DNA of 46,570 bases, filler included, from Sphacelaria rigidula (GCA_964200075.2; 2 parts of 2 records of this genome joined end to end with filler, not necessarily neighbours in it); one strand, 5' to 3'; numbered from the whole stretch's first letter, positions 1 to 13,600 are shown. A program made the numbers and translations. Notes: generated by a model not told the origin, from the sequence alone.

Positions 1-1074
1 ATTCACTAATTGACCGCTTTTCACACTCAATCGTACCTTCAACTCTCAATTTCACGAAAATGTTGTTTATACTGTTTCTCCGCCAGATTCCCGCTACACA
101 ATCCATACACTGAAAGCAGCGCGCTGTGCCCTAAACATCTGGCACTCATCTGACCGCACCCTGTACACATGATGGTGTGCTGGCACACTCGTGCAATCAG
201 ACATGCACGCCCACTACCTGCACTCTCCTGCAAGGCAATCAACCTGCACTGCCGTGTCCCGTGATTGGGACGTTCCGTGCAAATGTGGGCGAGGGATTGA
301 TGTGAAAGGTTCATGGGGTCACCTGTGCCCGAGGATCATGCAAAACTAATAAGTGGAAGTACGGCAACACATCGCCTCAAGTGAATGATGACCAAACTTT
401 CGTGGTTGATATGGGAATTCATCATGCATGCTCAATTGATCGCAGGCGATACGTAGATGTGGCAACGCCTATACCACTATGCAGTACTCTCGGTCGTCTT
501 GTGGTGTCTGCCCGTGGTCTGTGTGTGTAGGTGGTCCCCACTGGTTGCTTCGATCGTATCCCTAGAGGGTCAGCCAGGGCTGTAGTGCCAGCTGCCGAGA
601 AAAATAGTCTCACATCTTCGCAGTTCAACGTCTGCACAAACTCATGTCAAATTATCTACTCATGTTTCCCACATGTACTCCAAGGTACGCTGCAGTTCGC
701 GGACCCTGGTGCGCACCTGAACCAACGCCTCCCACAAAACATGTTTCCTTGTTCAAAATTCATATCAACAAACTAGGACGTTTGTGTCCCCCGATGTGCG
801 TCTACTGTTGCGGCATGGTGGTTCTTCGTTTGTCACCGAGAAAGGATATCACTGTTCGATATATGAGTTTCGCTTCTTTTTCTTCCCCTATGGTGAGGAT
901 TTCAAGCACTTGCGCTAGTCCCTGTGACTGCGGGAGTTGGCTCTTCGAACAGGCTTCGTAACAAAAATAGCATGGCACCCGACGTTTAATCAGCCAATCA
1001 CTTTTGACTTCCTCATCCCTCTGTTTTGGCCGACAGGAAAGGAAATATGCCATTAAGAAAGGAGCCGAACTCAC

Positions 1075-1148
1075 CACAAGTCAACAACGATACCGAGGAG
1101 TAGAGCTCTTTTCATGAAGAGCCACCCCTTGTTAGACTGGGGTGGCAT
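1075..1148 (-). CDS. Possible first coding exon of a gene running off the left edge (MPPQSNKGWLFMKRALLLGIVVDL)
   Basis: Acceptor ttctcgtttgttgcag 6 nt before an ATG, and a strong TG|gtgagt donor. The N-terminus is hydrophobic. No downstream exon was confirmed. Confidence 0.3.
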
Positions 1149-1797
1149 TCTTCACTGCAACAAACGAGAAATGTATCCAGTGCTTCTATTTGCGAACCCA
1201 GCACCATGCGGTGCGCACGCGCGCGGGGGGTGGGGTCATGGCGAACTCAAGCGCCGACTTCGGCGGGAACACATAGCCCAAAAGAGAGCGGCCGAGAAGC
1301 ATTAAGCCAAGAAGCAACATCGGTGGCTAGAGGAGCCGATCGCTTTCGTGGGGCAGAATGTAACCGCATCGCTCAACCCAATTGGTGACGGGGCGTGGTG
1401 TTCCAGGCGTGGAACTGCCAGGCATGAGACTGCCGGACACGGTTAATACGACGAATGCATGCCAACATGCGGAGTACACTATGTGTTCAAGTCGAGTCTT
1501 TGACGATGGCCAGCTATGGTGCAGAAAGCAGAACGAAGTCCGCGCAGAATTTCGTCGCCCAGGTCGAGGGTACCGCTGTTCATTTTCCATGTGCGGTTCA
1601 CGCAGGTGCGTCCATCACGTTTCAGATATGTCGGAGTGAGTAAGAGGCGTTGGTCATACGAAACCATCCCAATGAGATGAAGAGCATCGAGATTGTTTGG
1701 TGCGTGATTCAAACAATCGCACTCTCTTGAAATTTGACAGCATTGTAGGGTTTCATTTACGATCACCCGAAAGCGTGAGAAAGAAGTTAATCGATGG

Positions 1798-1992
1798 TGT
1801 AATGCGTGAGAGTACCGCACCGGAATTTGAACACCCCTATGGTTAGGGTTAGGGTTAGGATTAGTGTTGGGGTTAGAATCAGGGGCGTGGTACCTGCAGG
1901 GACTGACCTGATTGGTTTCGAAAAACGTCGATCCTGAGGTGTTTTGAACTACGGCGCGGTCCTCTAAGCACGCGGTCCTCTCACGCATTACA
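1798..1992. mobile_element. MITE with TGT...ACA termini and internal (TTAGGG)n, copy 1
   Basis: TIR tgtaatgcgtgagag.../...ctctcacgcattaca. It is flanked by gatgg on both sides, and the left TIR is internally shortened relative to copy 2. Confidence 0.85.
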
Positions 1993-2440
1993 GATGGTGC
2001 CCCGAAAGGGCAGGAGACAAAATCATTGATGCTTATTTGTGCAATGTCTGATCCTAGTATCCTCACCCGTTCCTGTCGTGAAATAAATCCGGTGAAGCGT
2101 GAAGCAGCCCATGAGGGGAGGTGACTGTCAGGGATGTCGGCCGTTACAATAGGGCTTGCATCAAGGTGTCGAATTATGGCGCAGAAGATGCAACGCCAGC
2201 ATGGTACCGCGCCGCGTGCGCTCCAACAGGTATGGCGTATTGATTGGGATGAAACGCATCTGAGGTACCGCATAATGGGTGCGATGTGTTGTGCTGGGAA
2301 ATCATTACCAAGCACCGATGCGGTTTGCCCAATTCATTGTCAGCGTCCAACTATTGTACACATACCCTACGTGTTTAGACACGTGTGTCAAGCGTTGATG
2401 GTTTGTTCCGCTCTGAGCATATATTGAATTCAACAAGCAA

Positions 2441-2946
2441 CAACGTTTTCGTGAGATTGAGAGTGAAGAATTGATTGAGAGAGGGTTTTATCGTGCTGTA
2501 ATGCGTGAGAGGACCGCGTGCTTTGAGGACCGCATCGGAATTTGAACACCCCTATGGTTAGGGTTAGGGTTAGGGTTAGTGTTGGGGTTAGAGTGAGGGG
2601 CGTGGTACCTGCAGGGACTTGCCCGATTGGTTTTGAAAAACGTCGATCCTGAGGTATTTTGAACAACGGCGCGGTCCTCTACGCACGCGATCCTCTCACG
2701 CATTACAGTGCGCTTTATCTTGAACAGCTTTTCATTATCTATGTGCTTTTCTTTGCTTGTAACACTTAGCTTGCAGCTACACGTCCATATCCTAGTCAAG
2801 GATATCAAGGGCTTCAGTGGCAAGCTACTACAGAAAGCGTATCGTGCCTCGTGGAGGGTCATTTCGGAACCGAAGCGATTTCTTCACTGATTGATCGCCT
2901 CTCGCTCTCAATCGTATCCTCTACTCCCAATCTCTCGAAAATACTG
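2441..2946. mobile_element. hAT-like MITE (family with GGATATCAAGGGCTTCAGTGGCAAGC core), host of the 2497-2707 insertion
   Basis: Imperfect ~45-bp TIRs (caacgttttcgtgagattgagagt / ctcccaatctctcgaaaatactg). The body is homologous to 31927-32223 and 42107-42300. Confidence 0.65.
2497..2707. mobile_element. MITE with TGT...ACA termini and internal (TTAGGG)n, copy 2
   Basis: ~37-bp TIRs (tgtaatgcgtgagaggaccgcgtgctttgaggaccgc) flanked by gtgc on both sides. It is near-identical to copy 1. Confidence 0.88.
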
Positions 2947-5182
2947 TTAAACATGACCAACACACAACGCAACGAAACGGGAGGTGGTGAAGGCCTCCAA
3001 TCCTTGAGCCCGGGCTGCGGAGTAGACGTGTGCCACATAATACCCGCACGGCAAGGGTTACGCTTCTACACTACATGGCGCTAAGCACAGGATGACGGCG
3101 ATGGCGAATGCCGGGAGCAAAGGCGTCATGTGTTGAACATCAGCAGGATCCCCGCGAACCCCCCCTGGCGTCGAGTCTGCCATGGCGCCTTACAGGGCGT
3201 GATCAGCAATAGTTGGAACCATGAGCGATATAAATAATAAAGTCAGCTGCCGGTGGAAACTGGCGCTGTTGCGCAATTGTCAGCTAAATGTTAATACTTT
3301 ACTATCAGAGAAGACTGCTGGTGCTGCAGGAGTACGCCGATTTCAGAGTTGTGATACCTCTACGTACGATACCGTACGGCGGCGCCGTGACGGAGAAGCA
3401 AGAGGTCCGTGTGTCTAGGCATGTGCGAGAGCGGTGATCCTACCCCTCTCACCCCCCCCCCCCCCCCCCTACTAGAAATGTAAATTGTTTTGTATAATGT
3501 ATGGAAGAGCCGTAATGAGCGCCCAGATGTTCGAGGAGTTTGTGAAAATATGGAAGGATATAGGGGCAAACCAAAAAGATAGAATCGATAGATTAGTGTG
3601 GGGGGCATACTATAAGACTTTAATAGAAGAATAGAAAGAGCACCTGAAGATATACAGTGGGGTTGAGAGGAAGCATAGGGAGATTAGAACTTATTTGCAA
3701 GGCCCACTGTACTAAGCGAAAAAGCTGAAACTGTGATTTCGGGTGGGGGACCTTGACCTGCCAGAAAGAACAAGTATAGTAGTCGGGTGGAGAAGAGTAA
3801 ATGTACAGAATCGTCCCTGTGGCAAAGCGACAGATAGTAGACCTCACATGACGGGATAATGTGAACTATACAAGGGGTAACGGGACATGTAACAAGAGGA
3901 GATCAGGAGACTGAACGAATGTGATATTAATTTGTTTGGTACAAGAGGTTGTACCGAGAAAACGATTGCTATACAAGGAGATGAAATGTAACCAGAGACG
4001 TCGAAACCGATTGGGGATGTGACAATTAGAGGTTTTTGTGTAGTGTACGGAAGAAACAGAATGAGTGCCCAAAGGATGGAGGTGTCTCTATTAAGAGTAG
4101 GGACGGTGCTCCGTCTCGACGGGGATGCGCAGTCAATGGTCAATGAAGAAGGCAAGCAACAAACGAGACTGATCCCGGGATAGCCCCTCCCAGTAAAGTG
4201 GCTGGTTTGAGGAGGAAATATTTAGATGTAAATCAAGATGACAAATGCCGGGCACACCGAGCAGCTGGGAACTCCCAAGCTTGGGATCGTTTTCGTCAAT
4301 GTCCCCCATATAAGGCGCTTCATGCTGTCCGAAACAGCTATCATGCACTGTACGGCCATTTTCTTCGTGACAGTGATGGGGCTGGTTTGGCGGAGAGCTA
4401 TCGCGGCACCACTCATGAGTATGCCTCCCGAGGGGAGGAGGGGGAGAGGTGACGGCACGAACGAAAGCGGGTCATGGGTGTGTTGCATGACCCATGCGCT
4501 TTTGTGAAGTTGAAGGCGTTGTCAAGCGGTACGGGTACATGTTATGTTGATTCGAAAATATTCATACAGAATGCACCGCTCGTATGGATCCTCCCGTTCA
4601 TGCAAGGAGTGGCTTGGAGCACCCCTGACGCGATCGTAGAATCGCTCAGAGAAGGGAAGAGAAGTACGAGGTCCCCCAACTTTACCATGGAGAGCAGCAG
4701 AGGTTTGGCCCGATTTGCCGCGGGTACCGGAATTTTGCGTCGCCTATGGTACATCACTGACTGCATTCTGCGCTCTCTTTGGATGAATCCAATCCCTGAA
4801 AAACATTTCCGTGTGATTGCACCATGTAGCAGCTGTAGGAACATCATAAGCATATGCCCTGGCTTGTGGTTTACTCACGTTTCGCAATAGATTTGGATAC
4901 TGTTGCCACGAACTACACCGAAAGGTGAAATTGTTGTATTGTAGAGGGGTTCAAGCGATAGTGCAATGTCGGATCGACACCTCCGGCACCGTTGTCCACA
5001 CTACCGGCGCTGTGGGCGACTGTTGCGACGTTCCTGAGCAGTGTAGACAGCAGTTTTGGAGTTGTGATATCGCGGACAGATGCGTGAGGTCAGCGCATAT
5101 CCCATCTGTGAGGTACAAATAAGTAAACGTGATACGCAGTTTTCTGATTGGCCAGGTTTGCACGAAGTACTTTTTTCAATAC

Positions 5183-5478
5183 GCGCCCTGATGGTCAAAT
5201 GGTCCCCGACTCTTACATTAGGGTGGCGGGAAGGTGGGTTCGATGCCCGTTGCGTTGGTTCTTTCTTTTTTGCTCTGCAAGTGTCCGGTTTCCACGGTCG
5301 AAAGCGTAAGTACTTGAGAAAAAAAACTATTTGCTGGGCTTTTTTGACGAGACTTCACGCGGTGCGAAAGTGCTGGTCCAATCCGCGAAACCCAAAAGCA
5401 AGGCGTGTGTCGGGGAGAGATGGGTCAATCCCTTGAGACCACGGACTCGTCCCGAGAAAGGGAAGGGGTTCAGAGCTC
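5183..5478 (+). mobile_element. tRNA-derived SINE, family A
   Basis: A box tggtcaaatgg and B box ggttcgatgcc. The 3' tail gagaccacggactcgtcccgag is shared with the copies at 31188 and 31755. Confidence 0.75.
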
Positions 5479-5484
5479 TGGGCT

Positions 5485-5556
5485 AGTAGGAGTAAGAGTA
5501 GGGGTAGGAGTAGGAGTAGTAGCAGCAGTAGGAGAAGGAGTAGTGGTAGTAGTAGC

Positions 5557-5612
<56 letters not shown>

Positions 5613-5613
5613 C

Positions 5614-5644
<31 letters not shown>
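5485..5644 (+). repeat. (AGT)n microsatellite at the SINE 3' end
   Basis: Long AGT run with AGG/AGC variants. It explains the poly-L, poly-V and poly-T ORFs. Confidence 0.97.
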
Positions 5645-8600
5645 ACCCCCCTGATACGTGGGTGTAGAAAAAACGCAAATGAAATACTAACATTGAAAAC
5701 CAATAGGCCAATAGGAAGGTGTCGTGGGTGATGTGCTTTGTCGGAATATTCGTGGGCTCATCGTGGTAAGTCCCTTTACCAGTTTGCGTAAGCTCAGACG
5801 TAGGTTCTCTTTGTTATTTTTTGTCGATTTGTCCGACGCTGTCGCAGGAGATGGTTTCGGTTGAGGATCGTCTCCAACCACGAGCCGTTAAATACGGCGA
5901 AGTCAACCAGCAGCAGCATGTAAGTGTTTCCTCAAGTAGATATCTAACACGTGTTTCAGAAATCTCGTACAATATCACGGGAAATTGAAGATATCTGAGG
6001 GTTTAAATATTTGCCAGGTGTGAAACACGTCTTTCGCAACAAAGTTGAAATCTGCCGTAGTATATTGTATCATGCTTCTTTGCTGATGCGTAAAGGTATC
6101 GCTTACACAAGATCCTGGTTTCATTGCACATACTTCGAGGTCAGGTTACGACACACATTAATCGTGACGATGGGACGGGGCGGACCGGGAATCTCACGAT
6201 GCGGTCTTCCTATCCCCGTGAAGACGGCTTGAAGGTGAGTCGAAACATTGGTCGGCTGCTCTGTCTGACCGAGAAACATCCACCACGTGAGTGATGCCGC
6301 GACAGCCTTCTCCAAACCAGCCCCAGAATAGCCCCGGAGAAAGTGGATGAAGCGCATAGTAGCTGGTTCCAGACTGCGTGATGGAAACGATCCCAAGGGT
6401 GGGAGTGCTCGAATCTCGGTGAAGGAACACGATCTGGAACTTTTTCTCACATCATGCCCATCAATGGAGAGGGGCTATATCGTGGTTTCACAAAATTCGA
6501 CTGCACGGCCGACGAGAAAAGCGACCACTGAATCTCTAGCGATAAAAGGGAAGGTTAACACCACAGAAGGAAGACGGGGTACTAAAACAAGACAAAAACT
6601 CGACATTCCTGTGTTGCCCTTCGTTCTGTGTGGTCCGGCTGATGCACCCACATATATACCGAGACGTACGTGTAGACTGGCGTCCAGAATATATGGGGTT
6701 GCAACATTCACACATTGTTACAACACAAGCAAAACACACATTGTTCGCGCGATATGTGCAGCATATCTGTCGTATACTGGCTTGAAGTTACCCCCTCGTT
6801 TGCAAGTAGGACCGGGCTGAAATGCCTGAAGGCTCGCTCGTCCCTGTAACTATGTTCGCCGCGGCGGAACGAGATCCACTCTCCGCAGTAACCAGATGTA
6901 TTTCTGGAAGCGGATATGCATCACTGTCTATGACGAGCATGTTGTGAACTTTACGGTGAACAAGTTTAGACTGGAGTTGTGTTTGAACGAATGTATTGCA
7001 ACGGAGAGCGGGCGTAACTGTTCGTGAATGAAAACTTTTTTTGCGAGTCACCTCACTCCTACTTGTCACCGGGTTATCCAATTTTCCTGTCATTGGCGGA
7101 GAAGCAGCGCCTTGTTCTTGCAGGCAGAGTCTTTTGTGCGGGTGTGCACCCGGCAACGGAATCAGCCAATTCGCACTCTCACCTTGTTGGTTGCTCCTCC
7201 AATCGACGCTTGACAAGGTTGGACGCCAACCCGGTAGCCAATAACTCCATGAGATGCTGACCGATGCCTCGCACCCGAATGACGGCCAGACCCCGTCGCC
7301 TCTCACATCGAAGTAGTGACTCCAGATTGCTTCTTCTCTCGTTGGACATATTCGCTTCAATATTCATCATCGGCGAGACAAAGCACAAGCGATGGATTTC
7401 GTCGAACCCTCCGCCCTTCAAGTAACCGATAACCATCGCGCGAGCCAACATCCGTATTGTTCCACAGGAAGTGAAAGGCATTCCAAAAGGCAACCATATC
7501 ACGGACGGACAAAAATGAGGTATTTGTTGAAGTCATTTCATGATACGCTACGTTGTACTGATTAGCCTTCTTTCCTCAGGGTGGTTCATCTACTTAGGTC
7601 TCGATTAGCGTCGCCGGATGGACAGGGCAGTTTGATTCACCCTCAGAATGTTTATGTTCGTTAGGATCCACTGCTTTAAAACACTTTGAAATGTTGTCTT
7701 AGGTTACGGTCACCGGAACGTCACGGTCCGATATCACACGCAGCAGCGATTCAACCAATCTTCTCGGGATTGGTACGTCGCCTTATCGATACCCTCGCGA
7801 TAGTTGAGAGCGGAGAAATCACCTTTGCCTTGTCCTGGCGATGGTCGCCCGGGGAAGGTGGTACTGCTGCTGCTGCTGCTGCTGTGTTGGTTGTCGGTGA
7901 TTGTAATGGAGAGAGCATTTTTATATATACGGTCGAGGTGCTTGAGGTCTCCTATCTGAGGGAAGGGAAGATTTGAGCCACGGTGGTCTTCTGCGCCGTT
8001 CCATTCTGTATTTCGATTTTGCGCCTGTCGGTAAAATATGCGATATATATGTTTCGGCGAGGGCACAGCTTATCGTTAAAGTGAGGTTAGGTCAATCTCT
8101 CGTTGTGTTTGGACGGGATCCGCGCCTAGGCTACGCATGAGCGGATATTTCGAGAGAAAAAGTTTAAAGACGCGAGTTCCACTCTAGCTAGCATATAGCC
8201 CATTCGCACTCGCGAATACGTCTCACACGGACGGTGAAATATTCGACGCACATCGACGCACACCACAGCTTCAGTTATTCACTACATTTTGAATAACAGT
8301 GAAGATGCCGAACAGGATATTACTCACCCGACTCGCAATGTCAAGTGAAAGATCTCATGAGGATGATACAAATTCTCCCCCCTCCTCACTGGCCTAGATG
8401 TACTTCCCTATGCATTGAGTAACTATATATGCCACGTTGATGTGTGGGAGAGACTGGCGTAAGATATTCAGCATTGAGCTGCAGACAACGAAGAATGCCT
8501 CACATTGTGAAAAGCCGCTTCAGCCTCGGATAGTCCTGTCACTAGCTTTTCAAGGCGTGAGATGCAGTACTTGGCACACTTGGTAGTTCGGTGCGACGAC

Positions 8601-10759
8601 CTCGACCTGCGATGGGATATGCACGGCATGAATCCAGCGAATGTTCAGGCCGACGGTTTATTTGCTTCACATTCACTTCCTCGAACTGATATCATAGTAT
8701 GTCATTCAGGAGGGAGAAATAAGTGATTATTCTGAAACTGGCTCGGAGCGCCGTGAAAGAAGGGGTCTTACTTGGCGTCATCCATGCACGCCATAACCGG
8801 CTATGATTGCTAAGATTTGCTCATTCTTTGAGATGATGTATACAGTACTGCGCAATAATTGAGAGCTTGTGAGTCGGGGATCCGGAAGAGGCGAGTTCGT
8901 AAAGGTCCATCAATGTGCAAACTATTCACCTGACCGACAAATCTTCCGCCAAGGTTTACATGAAAACACATCGTACTACATAGTTGTCCCTCCTTTCCAA
9001 ATCAAACGCCGAGCGAACGTCCCAGTTCTATGATACCACGTGCTCTCAACACGGATATCTGTTGACATATCACCTTGTGATCATAGCTAACGCCTGTGGC
9101 ACAGACAAAAAGTCGAGCACCGCTTCCACGGCCGTGTCCGGCATGAACTGACAAGCGGAAGCAGGGGCAAGATCGGGCTCTACAGGCGAGGAAAATGTCA
9201 AGCGCCTGGGTGGAGAAGTCACAGCGATGCTGTTGTCACTTGCGTCTTCATCTGCATGTAGGCGGCGACGTCTAGGAAGCAGTCGTGGGGGGTTATTCAG
9301 GTGTGCGCATCGCTTGCTGAGAATGATACGGGAGTCGGAGTCCGTTGCCGATGATCCGTCGCAGCTAGGGAAGATTGGCCATGCTGTAGGAGGTCCAAGG
9401 GTCAATGTCGGATCTATGCGGTCGCTGCAGGAGGTATTGAGTTGAAGAGAATGACGAAAGAGAGAAGTACGACGCCGAAGCGGGGAAAGGTGTCAGCTGG
9501 GGGTGGTCACGGCACGTTTCGAACATCGCGTGTGCTGCTTACTTTCCCACTCACAGGGTGGTTGTGCTCATTTATTTCTGAAGTCGCTATGATGTTGTCG
9601 GTCAAGTCGCTTACATTTCAGGGAGAGCGAGTTGGATCCATGGTCAGGTTTTGCTACTGGACAGTAGTCATATTTCTTCAGATGTGTTCACCTTGAACCA
9701 TTTTTTTTCAGCGACGTCTTGGTCGACTCGACGCCTGGATCTTCCTCTAGCTCCTCCACCTGGGAAAACAGGTGCCGGTGGCAACTCAAGGTGCTGAGAA
9801 TCAGGGGACACGTGATATCCACCACCCGGCATACGATGTCGAATATAGTTACTTTGTATTCGTAGACGATTCACAGTACGACCTTGAGGGCGGGGATTGA
9901 GCACAGTAGGCAGCGGAAGCATAAAACTTTCTCGATATTAGTACTCTACACATTTTTCGGAACATCATAAAGATCAGGCCATACCAGTTGCACGTGCAAC
10001 GCACAGGGTTCCACAGAAAATTGCCGGCTATCCGCGACTTGTATATGCAGAAAAAAGCCCAGGAATTCACAATATTTTATGCTCTCTACTACAGATCCGG
10101 AGGATTCCGTTTTTTTCGAACACACCCTGAAGAAATATAGAGCACCTGGGATGTGCAGAAAACCCGATTTTCCACTTTATTCATTCAACACACTCCATTT
10201 ATATGTGTATATACATATATCTAGGGCGCTGTAGATTTGCGCAGGAAATCTTTATCGCCCCCATAAGCCCTTGTCTGGCTAGGTGTGCACACAAATGGTC
10301 AGTGGTCGCTTACTCCTTCCGGACTGTTATAGGGAGTACATGCATATAGACACTGTGTATGATAGAAATGAAATCTCCTGCCATTTAACTTCACGACCCC
10401 TTGACCTATTTTCTATCTCTGCCTGTCGTTCCTACCTGCCTCTCAATGTTTCAGTTTGTGTGCACATGCGTGTGCCTGTGGGTGTATATCTGTGCGGGCC
10501 TGTCTGCCTGTCTGCCTGTCCGCTTGCCGTTTTTCGTGTCGAGTGGTCAGTCTATTTGGCCATCTGTGGCTGGGACGTATTCTCTATCCCGAAAGCCTCG
10601 AAGAGTCTGCATGTGTGTGGACGGTGCGTCGAATTTCTACCCGAATGGAAGTCTTCTCACAGCACAGCACTCTATGCAATTTGAGTACACAGAGCTATCT
10701 GTATCACACGCTGCCTTCACGCGCGAAGCAATGCGGTGGTTCCGACCGGTTCCCCTGCC

Positions 10760-13600
10760 TTTAAGGTCGTGTGATTGCCCAAGAGCGGCAGCATGGCATC
10801 ACGGAAGGCACTGCCAAACTTCTGCGTGACTCAGTATGTGTGTGTACGTGCGAAGTTTGTGACGAAACCCTCGAAGAACACACCAGTAGAGCGACGACGT
10901 TGAACTCATGAGGGGGGATCCACGCATGGGATGCTGTATTCAAAGCAGACGCGACCTCCATGCTCCAGCTGCCAAATGCACGACTGACTGGATCTTTGTT
11001 TCCAGCAACACCAACCAGATGGCTAGCTCGCACGGCGATACCTGCGTGACATGTGGCGAGGGATGGACGTGTCGACCTAGGCTCATCAAGAAGAGCATCT
11101 CCACCTCCATCGGTAATCCCACGATTACTGGTGTCTTCCTCACAGCACCGTTACATTGATATTACCTTCTTGTCAAAGAGGGATGCGCTTCTACACATAT
11201 CCAAAAACCTCGGGGGACTGGAAAAAATGACACTGTACGCCTCGTCACTCGGTTGTGACACGGAGTATACTATACATGCATTCTTCGCCTTATTCTGAGA
11301 TAATCAGTCTCTGCTTCCTGTGCCATGCAACATTTGAGGGACTACCAACGCACTAAAGCCAAAGAATTCGTTCCGGTGGATGGGGGTATAGTTACCTGTC
11401 CTGCCTCTGGGCTGACGTTCATGTATAGGTTGTTTTCAGCGGCACCATGCGACGAGCACTCGTTAGGTCTTTCGTGTCCATGCAAACCTCAGCAAGTTGT
11501 CCACAAACGCAGTATGGATAAGCGTGCCACAGTATACAAGAAAACACCGAACATGAAGATATTTTCGAACCACCGCATCTGTCTTGACTTCAGAGCATTG
11601 CAGATAAAGTGAGCGTGCAGGCATTACCAGGTGCTTTTGAAATGCCCAGGCCGACCAGTGAACCACAGGTAGCTGGCGGTATGTTCTCTTTCGCTGGTTT
11701 TTGTAGCCCCAGTCGGTCCTGCCTGCGCGGCGAGAGCCAGGGGTTTACTTCGAACTGCACAGACCACATGAGGCGTTTCATTTTCCCTCCGTACAGCTCT
11801 TTGTGCGGTACACCCAAGACTACGCCATATCACCAGACATACATGCCCCCGAGGTGGGTTGTGAGAAAGCTGAGAATCCTCCCATCCTCGGCACGGTGAC
11901 CATCGCATATCCTTCACTATGACAACACGGAGCGTCTGCCGCCTTTCGCGCATGCCACACACCACTCACCCGCCCGCCTCACATTGATTGTACCATCCTG
12001 TATTGTGGCAGCCAGCAACAACCATTCAATCCATACATGCAACCCGCGTAGTACGGCACGCACCTGTGTTGCCTATCACTTGCTGAAAATAAGATGTTCA
12101 GCTTGGTGTGATGCTGCTTCTGTGGCCAGCATCGCGAGAAGGTGAAGGGACACAGGGAACATCTGGCGTAGAAAATGACCTCGGCAATCTTCGGTCCAGT
12201 GGCACCGAGTTCTGATATTTCAAAGAACCATCATAGAACCCGTTTCGAGGATTGGTTCTCTTTTAATCGATAGTTGTTTGCCGCCGGTTTTCGAGGTGGG
12301 ATCTGTCACCAGGACTCGTGATCAACAATGCAGGGTGGAGCTATTCTGTTTTCTGTGGTACAGGCTTCGTTCGTGTACTCTCTCCTTCTACGTCGCATCT
12401 AGCAGGGGGGGTGCGGAAGAAATAGAAGACAAACGGCACCATGTCCTTGACCTCGCTCTCCCAAGATTGGCCCAACGACCCTCATCGTCCAGTGCGGATG
12501 ATCGTCGGCATAGCGGCGACTTGCTTTGTCATGTGTTCGTGGTCCTTCACATCTGTCGCGCCAGAGCCTTACATGGTGAGAACTGTTGTTGCTCAGTCCT
12601 TTCAACCATGGGCTTTATTGGGGTGGTGTGTTCAGATGTCTGACACTGACACTTACTTGGCTTCGAGGATCGGATATCTGTGCTGTAGGTGATGGTCGAT
12701 AACACCGAGGTTGATATTTTTTTAATCTCGATTAGCTCAAGTCCCCAGCAATCCCGTTCGCCGAGGTATTGTGGAAACATCGCCCATCGACACATCCATC
12801 GGGCGTATCGCAGCCGCAGCGCTATAGAATATCGGGGTTGGACCCGTCATCCGCGGTGGTGATACACTCGCCATACGTGCATGCCAGAGAACATCAGATT
12901 GCTTCGCCTGTTTAGTGTCACGTTTTTTACCACCCCCAACATCAAATCACATTCGAATCTATCACCTTCGATGCATTCCACTCGAAGACATGAGACTCGG
13001 AACGGTACGAGTTCAACAAAGGATGTAATTATTATTAGACCCTCGGTTTCCCCACTGTATTTATTCAACCTTGGCATCGGCAGAGGCAACACAAAACCCA
13101 AGGTTTGCACACAAGGTAGATTACCCATCCCGCCACTCGTCCAGCGACATGTCGGCGAGGTACCATTTCCTGTCGAGTATTTTCACTGAAGATTTTGGAG
13201 TGGGACGGAATCGCGATACGAAGAGGAAGACTGATTTTTATGGCAGTCACCAAGCTTGACCTGTACGCAGATCGGTGGACCTCGAATCAGGGAACACATT
13301 TTATGGACCCCGACGTGGGCCAGATCGGGGACGCTCAAATCGATGTCACGATTTGAGAACGATTCTTCCCCATTTTTCGACAAAATCAGGGGAAAATTGA
13401 GGTTCTTCAATTTTGGAGGAAGCGGCGCAATTGCAGTAATGCACGGTGATAGGGCAACAGGCGTTTAATATTATTGCAACTGCGGCAGCAGATAGCCTCG
13501 TGACAGCGCAGACCGTGCTTGCATGTGCCAGCAGCTGGAGCAGCTTCGCACGAGGTTTGACAAGCGGACGAAAAGTGTTGACGCCGCACCCTGCGCTGCC
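10760..13600 (-). mobile_element. Second degenerate Ty3/gypsy remnant (post-RNaseH linker and integrase); boundaries approximate
   Basis: Decayed motifs in pol order: 'DIDLSVPD', 'LGVVKNVTL', 'CWGLELIEI...STDIRSSK', 'WFTGRPGHFK', 'LRFAWT'. Many stops and frameshifts. Confidence 0.5.

Larger units (their letters stand above)
3478..10200 (-). mobile_element. Highly degenerate Ty3/gypsy LTR retrotransposon (gag-RT-RNaseH-integrase order), interrupted by a SINE and a microsatellite; boundaries approximate
   Basis: Frameshifted minus-strand remnants: gag-like zinc-knuckle region (~9700-10050), RNase H-like 'FGMPFT' region (~7200-7750), integrase-like 'MLLVD...ISCDS' (~5850-5920) and 'VKLGDLVLL' (~4680). 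A PPT-like gggaggggc at ~4183-4191 precedes a non-coding LTR-like tract. Confidence 0.55.

Noticed and set aside
1842..1876. TTAGGG repeats as a true telomere or fusion site
   Set aside because: They are short, degenerate and internal to a TIR element that is present twice.
1479..2315. 278-aa ORF with NP repeats
   Set aside because: It reads through the telomeric MITE, and the NPNP run is translated CCCTAA.
5355..5731. Poly-L, poly-V and poly-T ORFs
   Set aside because: Translations of the (AGT)n microsatellite.
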